Shown here: piece by piece, positions 57,806-64,000 of the stretch
Layout of the letters: each line of letters begins with the position of its first letter
How positions within the stretch are numbered: the first letter of the stretch is position 1
NCBI GenBank assembly: GCA_965207735.1
Contig: OZ242296.1
Coordinates: 4,032,001 to 4,096,000 of the forward strand
Direction of reading: 5' to 3'
Source: Candidatus Versatilivorator sp.
Lineage (GTDB): Bacteria; Acidobacteriota; Terriglobia; Versatilivoradales; Versatilivoraceae
Length of the DNA stretch: 64,000 bases
Translations under genes and position numbers: made by a program
The notes under the pieces: model-generated
The model's database searches: none
What the model was told of the DNA's origin: nothing
What the model saw: the letters and a program-made list of their open reading frames with translations, nothing else

Positions 57806-60345
57806 TTGGCTTCTCACATCCCCTCCGCAGACCGGGCCGCCTTGCGGCCCTGCCGGTCTGCCTGCTGGCAGGGCTGCTGTTCGACTCCTCCGCCGCCGGA
57901 CAATCCCGGCAGGCTCCCCTCTCGCTGCGCCTGGTCCCCAAGGAGATTCGCCTGTGGGAGGCCGGGGCCACCCAGCGATTCCTGCTGTTGGGCCGCTACG
58001 GAGACGGCCTGGAGCGCGATTTGACGTCACAGGCCGATTTGTCCGTTTCAGACACCGCGGTGGCCCGCCTCGACCGGGAGGGGAAAGTGGCGGCAGTGGC
58101 CCGGGGAGCGGCAACGCTGACGGCAGCGGTGAAGGGGCTGCGAGCCGGTGCAGAAATCAACGTGACCGCCGCCGACGGAACCCGCCCCTTCAGCTTCGGA
58201 CGCGAGATCGGCGGGATCCTGACCAAGAAAGGCTGTAACGCCAGCGACTGCCACGGCAGCGTGAAGGGCAAGGGCGGGTTCAAGCTTTCGGCCAACGCCC
58301 TCTATCCCAAGGAGGACTACCAGTGGATCGTAGAGGGCGGGGCCTACCAGGTGCTTTCGCCTGAGGCGGCCGGGGAGCGCAAATCAAGGATCGACCTGAA
58401 GGACCCCGAGAAGAGCCTGCTGCTGGCCAAGGCCACCCTGGCCCTGCCTCACGGGGGCGGAGCCCGGCTCAACCCGGACTCCCGGGACTACCTGGCGATT
58501 CTGGACTGGATACGAGAGGGAGCGGTCTACGGCCAGGAGCACGACGGAACCGCTGCCCGCATCCGGAGGCTGGAAATCCTGCCTCGATCGGTCACTCTCG
58601 ATACCGGAGGAACGTCCCAGCTCATCGTGATGGCTCACCTTTCCGACGGGCGCCGGGAAGACCTTACCGACCAGGTCCTCTACGCCTCCAATGACGCCAG
58701 CGTCGTGGAGATTTCCGAGAGGGGCCTGGTGACGGGAATGCAGACGGGAGAAACGGCGGTAGTGGTGCGCGCCGCCGGCCAGGCCGCCAGTATGGGCGTG
58801 GGCGTCATCGCCGATCCTATTTTGGACTACCCGGAGGTCCCCCGGCGCAATACCATCGACGAGTTCGTCTTCGCCAAGCTGCGCCGCCTGAACATCCTGC
58901 CCTCGGAGCTCTCCAGCGATGAAGAGTTCCTGAGACGGGTCTGTCTCGACCTCACCGGCACCTTGCCACCCCCGCAACGGGTGCGGGAGTATCTGGAAGA
59001 TCCCGATCCGGGCAAGCGGGACCGCTTGATCGAGGTCCTCCTCGACTCTCCCGAATACGTCGACTACTGGACCTATCGGCTGGCGGACCTGTTCCGGGTG
59101 GCCATGTACAGCACCGGCAAGCTGAAGAACACCCGCATGTACTGGGAGTGGATCCGCGACGGCGTGGCCCGCAACCGCCCCTACGACCGGATCGCCAGAG
59201 AGCGCATCGGAGCCCAGGGCTACGACGGACCTTCCCGCCACTACTACCGTCCGGGAGGAGAACTCCCCCTCCCCGCCAACATGATGGCCGAGCAGGTGCG
59301 GGTCTTCCTGGGGCGACGGCTGGACTGCGCCCAGTGCCACAACCATCCCTACGAGCGCTGGAGCCAGGACCAGTTCTGGGGTCTGGCGGCCTTCTTCGGG
59401 CGGGTCTCCAGAATCGGACAACTGGGGATGGATATGATCATCATCGACGACCCGGCCGGCCACGGCCAATTCGGGCAGGGGGAGAAGGTCATCCATCCCC
59501 GCACCCGGCAGTTGGTGGAACCGCGTTTCCTGGACGGACAGCCCCTGCCCGAGGAGCAACGGACCGACCTGCGCATGAAGCTGGCAGAGTGGATCACCGC
59601 CCATCCCTACTTTGCGGAAGCCGCGGTCAACCGCTTCTGGGGCTACTTCTTCGGGCGTGGCCTGGTGGATCCGGTGGATGACTTTCGCCTGACCAATCCG
59701 CCCTCCCATCCCGGGCTGCTGCGGGCGTTGGCCAAGGACTTTCGGAAGCAGGGACACGACCTGAAGCACCTGATGCGGCAAATCGTCCAGTCCAGGACCT
59801 ACCAGTTGTCCGGCGGGACCAACCCCAGCAACCGCAAGGACCGCGTCAACTTCTCCAGGGCGCTGCCCCGGCCCCTGGATGCGGAAGTGGTCCTCGACGC
59901 CATTTCCCAGGTCACCGGGATCAACGAGGACTTCCATCACTGGGACCCCGGGCGGGAGCCTTCCGGGACCCGGGCCATAAACCTGATCTGGCCCGACGTG
60001 GTGCCCTCCCACTTCCTGGAGCTGCACGGAAGGCCCAACCGCCAGATGATTCCCGAGCGGCAGGCGGAAGCCAGCCTGGGCCAGGCGCTCCACCGCCTGG
60101 TGGGAGAGACCTATACCCGCAAGCTGTCGGCCGAGGGCGGGCGGCTGGACCGTCTGCTGCGGGAGCAGGCCTCCGACGGCCAGGTGATCGAAGAGCTCTA
60201 CCTGGCGGCGCTGTCGCGCTTCCCGGCGCCCCGGGAAAAACAGGAGTTGCGGCAGGCCCTGGCGTCGGCCTCCTCCAGGCGGGAGGCGCTGGAAGACCTA
60301 ACCTGGGCCATGATAGCCACGGCGGAGTTCGCCTCGAACCATTGA
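57802..60345 (+). CDS. DUF1549/DUF1553 protein with Ig-like repeats
   Basis: GCNASDCHG, FLRRVCLDLTG, CAQCHNHP, VNRFWGYFFGRGLVDPVDD. Confidence 0.9.
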   Translation: MIGFSHPLRRPGRLAALPVCLLAGLLFDSSAAGQSRQAPLSLRLVPKEIRLWEAGATQRFLLLGRYGDGLERDLTSQADLSVSDTAVARLDREGKVAAVARGAATLTAAVKGLRAGAEINVTAADGTRPFSFGREIGGILTKKGCNASDCHGSVKGKGGFKLSANALYPKEDYQWIVEGGAYQVLSPEAAGERKSRIDLKDPEKSLLLAKATLALPHGGGARLNPDSRDYLAILDWIREGAVYGQEHDGTAARIRRLEILPRSVTLDTGGTSQLIVMAHLSDGRREDLTDQVLYASNDASVVEISERGLVTGMQTGETAVVVRAAGQAASMGVGVIADPILDYPEVPRRNTIDEFVFAKLRRLNILPSELSSDEEFLRRVCLDLTGTLPPPQRVREYLEDPDPGKRDRLIEVLLDSPEYVDYWTYRLADLFRVAMYSTGKLKNTRMYWEWIRDGVARNRPYDRIARERIGAQGYDGPSRHYYRPGGELPLPANMMAEQVRVFLGRRLDCAQCHNHPYERWSQDQFWGLAAFFGRVSRIGQLGMDMIIIDDPAGHGQFGQGEKVIHPRTRQLVEPRFLDGQPLPEEQRTDLRMKLAEWITAHPYFAEAAVNRFWGYFFGRGLVDPVDDFRLTNPPSHPGLLRALAKDFRKQGHDLKHLMRQIVQSRTYQLSGGTNPSNRKDRVNFSRALPRPLDAEVVLDAISQVTGINEDFHHWDPGREPSGTRAINLIWPDVVPSHFLELHGRPNRQMIPERQAEASLGQALHRLVGETYTRKLSAEGGRLDRLLREQASDGQVIEELYLAALSRFPAPREKQELRQALASASSRREALEDLTWAMIATAEFASNH

Positions 60346-60373
60346 TCCGCGTTATCAATTCGGGAGCAGACCA

Positions 60374-61711
60374 GTGAATCCATCTTCGTTTCAAAAGGAG
60401 CTGACACACCCCTTTCCCCGCCGCCACTTCCTGCGGGTGGGCTCACTCAGCCTGCTCGGAATCCACCTGAGCCAGTTCTTCCACGCCCGCCGGACGGCGC
60501 TGGCCAGCGGCACCGCCCCCAAGGGTAAGGCCCAGGCCTGCATCCTGCTCTGGCTGGAAGGGGGACCCAGCCAGGTGGACACCTGGGACCCCAAGCCCAA
60601 CAGCTCCTTCAAGCCCATCTCCACCAACGTGCCCGGAATCCGGATTTCGGAGCTGCTGCCCCGGGTGGCCAGGCACATGGACAAGCTGTCCATCATCCGT
60701 TCCATGCACACCGAGGAGATCGACCACCCCGAAGGGCACCACTACGCTTTGACCGGACACCGGCCCAATCCGGCCATGCAGTTTCCCAGCCTGGGCTCCA
60801 TCGTCTCCAAGGAGATGGGGCCGCGCAACGAGCTCCCGGCCTACGTGGTCTGTCCCGAGTGGTACATCCACAAGGCCTACGAGAGCTTTTTCAAGGCGGC
60901 TTTTCTGGGACCCGGTCACAACCCCATGTTCATCCCCGATCCCAGCAAGGGGAACTTCCAGCTCCCCGACCTCAGCCTGCCCAAGTCTCTCTCGCTGCAG
61001 CGGGTGGAGAGCCGGCGCGGCCTGCTGGACATCGTGGAGCGTCTCTACCGCCAGAAGGAAGCGGCGGCCGAGTTCGCCAAAATGGACACCTTCACCGAGC
61101 AGGCCATGAGAATGATCGTCTCGCCCAACGTCAAGCAGGCCTTCGACCTGTCCCGGGAGAGCGACAAGACCAAGGACCGCTATGGCCGGCACGGGTTCGG
61201 TCAGAGCGTGCTGATGGCCCGGCGCCTGGTGGAGTCGGGCTGCCGCTTCGTCACCGCCTCCGGCTACAAGTACAGTCAGTGGGACACCCACGGCACCAAC
61301 GACAAGCTTCACCGGGAGGAGCTGGTTCCCAAGCTGGACCAGGCCTTGTCCACCCTGCTGGAGGACCTGGAGGAGAGAGGGCTGCTGGAATCGACGGTGG
61401 TCATCGCCATGGGCGAGTTCGGCCGGACGCCCCACATCAATCCGGGCATGGGCCGCGACCACTGGCCCAACTGCTGGTCACTGGTTTTGGGAGGCGGCGG
61501 CATTCGGGGCGGCCAGGTGATCGGGGCCAGCGACGAGAGAGGGGCCAAGGTGGTGGAACGGCTCACCACCATCGGCGATCTGTTCGCCACCGTTTACAAG
61601 GCCTTCGGCATCGACTGGACCAAGACCTACATGACTCCGATCGGACGCCCCATAAAGATTGCCAACTCCATTGACGACGAGACCGGCGTGCCCATCGATG
61701 GGCTGATCTGA
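60374..61711 (+). CDS. DUF1501 domain protein
   Basis: RRHFL, LWLEGGPSQVDTWDPKP, WDTH, EFGRTP, GRDHWP. Confidence 0.9.
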   Translation: MNPSSFQKELTHPFPRRHFLRVGSLSLLGIHLSQFFHARRTALASGTAPKGKAQACILLWLEGGPSQVDTWDPKPNSSFKPISTNVPGIRISELLPRVARHMDKLSIIRSMHTEEIDHPEGHHYALTGHRPNPAMQFPSLGSIVSKEMGPRNELPAYVVCPEWYIHKAYESFFKAAFLGPGHNPMFIPDPSKGNFQLPDLSLPKSLSLQRVESRRGLLDIVERLYRQKEAAAEFAKMDTFTEQAMRMIVSPNVKQAFDLSRESDKTKDRYGRHGFGQSVLMARRLVESGCRFVTASGYKYSQWDTHGTNDKLHREELVPKLDQALSTLLEDLEERGLLESTVVIAMGEFGRTPHINPGMGRDHWPNCWSLVLGGGGIRGGQVIGASDERGAKVVERLTTIGDLFATVYKAFGIDWTKTYMTPIGRPIKIANSIDDETGVPIDGLI

Positions 61712-61777
61712 CCCGGCGCCGGCTTGACCCGGACTCACGAAGATCGACCATAGTCAACTGCGAAAGGAGGCAGATTG

Positions 61778-62212
61778 ATGACTACCCTCACGAAGGTTAT
61801 AGGTGCCGTTCTCATCCTCATCGGGGCCTTGGTGGCGATTCACACCGTCATCGAGCCGCTCTATCACGCCTCCAGCCAGGCCAACCCCTACAGCCCCAAC
61901 TGGAGCTATATCAACCCGCTGATGGCGATTGCGATAGCGCTGGGCCTGATCTTCAGCTGCATGCGCAAGCAGGAGGTCGGCCGGGAAGGCGGCAATGCAC
62001 CGGTAACCCGTGCCTATCTGGCTGCCAACACGATCTTCTACGGGCTGCTGTTCATCGGCATCCTCTTTTTCTTCAACTGGTTCAACCTGCAGAGCCCTGC
62101 CTACAACGCCGTGGGGCCGGACGCCGTTTCGGTAATCTGGGCAGTGATCGACGCCGCTCTGCCGCTGCTCCTGGGAGCTCAGGGTGTGTCTCTGTTGAGG
62201 AGCGGGACGTAA
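61778..62212 (+). CDS. Hypothetical membrane protein (about 4 TM)
   Basis: AAGGAGG RBS; four hydrophobic segments. Confidence 0.72.
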   Translation: MTTLTKVIGAVLILIGALVAIHTVIEPLYHASSQANPYSPNWSYINPLMAIAIALGLIFSCMRKQEVGREGGNAPVTRAYLAANTIFYGLLFIGILFFFNWFNLQSPAYNAVGPDAVSVIWAVIDAALPLLLGAQGVSLLRSGT

Positions 62213-62264
62213 ACCCCTCCCGCAGACCATGGCAGGGAAGGCGTGTTCGGGTATCGGCTACGGG

Positions 62265-62305
62265 TTGAGAAATACGTATACTCTAGGGTACAATTAGTAT
62301 ACCTA
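62265..62305 (+). promoter_or_regulatory. Promoter and operator of the TA pair
   Basis: TTGAGA-N18-TACAAT with two GTATAC palindromes (62276-62281, 62297-62302) flanking the -10. Confidence 0.5.
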
Positions 62306-62325
62306 TATTGGAGGCGCCAACTATC

Positions 62326-62550
62326 ATGAAGCAAAAGCTGACAATCACCGTGGACTCCGAGCTCCTTCCCATAGCCAAGCGCTACGCGCGCTCCCGCGGT
62401 GTCTCGCTGTCTTTTCTTGTCGAGCAGTCTCTCAGAGAGATTGCAGGGGATGATACCCCGTCATTTTCGGGCCGCTGGCGGGGCCGGTTCAGAGCGGCGG
62501 AGCGTGACGATCCACGTTACGACGCGCTCGCCAGGAAGTACCTTCAATGA
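62326..62550 (+). CDS. RHH-type antitoxin (DUF6364-like)
   Basis: MKQKLTITVD...AKRYA...VSLS.LVE...L..KY; ATGA overlap with the PIN gene. Confidence 0.8.
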   Translation: MKQKLTITVDSELLPIAKRYARSRGVSLSFLVEQSLREIAGDDTPSFSGRWRGRFRAAERDDPRYDALARKYLQ

Positions 62551-62954
62551 TACTTCTGGACACCGACATTCTTATCGATACCGCCCTCGACCGGCGTCCC
62601 CACTCCGAACCCGCCTCCGAACTCCTGGACAGGATTGAATACGGCGCGGAGAGCGCATTCATCGCGTGGCACTCCGTCTCGAATTTCTACTACATCGTAG
62701 CTCCAGCCCGCGGCGGGGTGAGTGCATTGGATTTCATCGCTGAACTGACCCGCTTCGTTTCGGTGGCAACCACTGACACCGAAGGCATTCGTTACGCCGT
62801 CGGGCTTCCCATGAAGGACTTCGAGGACGCCATGCAGGTGGCGGCCGCCCGGGCCTGCGGCGCCCGGCACATCGTAACCAGAAACGTCAGAGACTATGCA
62901 CGTTCTCCAATTCTTGCGGTCAATCCGCAGGAGGCACTCCGTATCTTGTTCTGA
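62547..62954 (+). CDS. PIN-domain toxin
   Basis: ILLDTDILID, DFEDAMQ, IVTRNVRDY. Confidence 0.88.
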   Translation: MILLDTDILIDTALDRRPHSEPASELLDRIEYGAESAFIAWHSVSNFYYIVAPARGGVSALDFIAELTRFVSVATTDTEGIRYAVGLPMKDFEDAMQVAAARACGARHIVTRNVRDYARSPILAVNPQEALRILF

Positions 62955-63267
62955 TGGCTTGAGAGCAACGAACATCCGCCGGGGTAAAATCAGGAAAAGC
63001 CATTGGGTCAGAAGCCCGCGCAGCCCTGTGACCAGTATTGAGACCGCAATCGCCCCAAGTCCGACCCTGGAATAGGTCATGTAGTGCGCAACTCCCATGG
63101 CTTTCGCCCTCCCGGTCCCGAGAATAGCGAATCTTCTTTGCAGACAATGTCCTATTGCCCGCGCAAGACCGTTTCAAACTTCGACAAAATCCTGATAAAA
63201 TTCCTCATTCCGTCTCCTGGACCACTTTGCCCAAGATTAGTCGACCTCCGGACCAAGAGCGTTAACC

Positions 63268-64000
63268 ATGAAGGTACCTCCGCTGCTGCCGGCGTTGTTC
63301 ATCGCCACCCTGGTGGCCATCGGCCAGCCTGAAGACAAGGCAGGCAAGAAGCCGCATCCGCCCAAGCCCGGTTCCGGCAGCCGGGCGGAGCTGGATGAGG
63401 TCACCACCCGGGTGACAGCCGGCCTGGCCGGTCCGGAAAACTCGCCGCCGGTCCGCAGAAACAACTACATCGACGACTTCATCTTCGACAAGCTGGAGCA
63501 AGACGGGATTCCGCACGCTCCCCTGTCCTCGGACGCCGAGTTCCTGCGCAGAGCCCACCTGGACCTGACCGGCCGCCTGCCGGAGGTCGACAAGGTGCGG
63601 AGTTTCCTGAAGGACACCGACCCCGACAAGCGGTCCAGGCTCATCGACGAGCTGACCGGAGCCAGGGTGGACCCCGCCGCCGCCGACCACCCCTCCCACC
63701 CTTACCTGGATCGCTGGACCTATTTTCTGTGCGATCTCTTTCGCGCCACCCAGGGCGGGATTGGCCCCAAGGGACGGAATCTCTTTTGGGACTATCTCAA
63801 CACGGCCCTGCTGCTGGACGTGCCCTACGACCAGTTGGTCACCGAGATGCTGACGGCCACGGCCCGCTCCAACTGGGAGTCGGCACCCGCCAACTATCTG
63901 GCCAGGAACCACGCCGACGATGCCGACGGGTTGGCCGTCAACCACGAGGACAGCATCGAGGACATCGCCATCAGCAGCACCAGGAACTTCCTGGGGATCA
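63268..64000 (+). CDS. DUF1549-domain protein, partial (runs off window)
   Basis: ATG at 63268; NYIDDFIFDKL and DAEFLRRAHLDLTGRLP. Confidence 0.85.
   Translation, partial: MKVPPLLPALFIATLVAIGQPEDKAGKKPHPPKPGSGSRAELDEVTTRVTAGLAGPENSPPVRRNNYIDDFIFDKLEQDGIPHAPLSSDAEFLRRAHLDLTGRLPEVDKVRSFLKDTDPDKRSRLIDELTGARVDPAAADHPSHPYLDRWTYFLCDLFRATQGGIGPKGRNLFWDYLNTALLLDVPYDQLVTEMLTATARSNWESAPANYLARNHADDADGLAVNHEDSIEDIAISSTRNFLGI

Noticed and set aside
1-64000. CRISPR array or cas genes
   Set aside because: No regularly spaced repeat-spacer array or cas-like ORF seen; the 35-48-bp repeats at 28.6 and 29.3 kb are about 730 bp apart and flank a transposase.

Overview
High-GC bacterial chromosomal window. Gene content suggests Acidobacteriota or a similar PVC-like organism, possibly host-associated (inference from DUF1501/DUF1549/DUF1553 clusters, an Oar-type TonB-dependent receptor, sialidases and a secreted TldD). 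It contains tmRNA (33184-33542, minus strand; tag ADKPLALAA) and an accessory, mobile-element-rich stretch from about 9.9 to 33 kb. Mobile elements: three 1487-bp IS5/IS1182-like copies with identical transposases, 19-bp TIRs and 4-bp TSDs (one splits a hydrolase signal peptide, one splits the catalytic motif of an Mrr-type nuclease); an IS110 element; a truncated RAYT-like Y1 transposase with repeated ends around a hicAB pair; and several IS and repeat remnants. There are four toxin-antitoxin loci, two with dead toxins. A B12-dependent diol dehydratase has fused large and medium subunits, a natural Q336A-equivalent change and no adjacent reactivase. The strongest novelty candidate is the IS110 non-coding end: it holds segments matching its own donor and target junctions around a CT core, arranged as a bridge-like RNA that would be transcribed antisense to the recombinase. 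All calls were made by eye; no searches were run.
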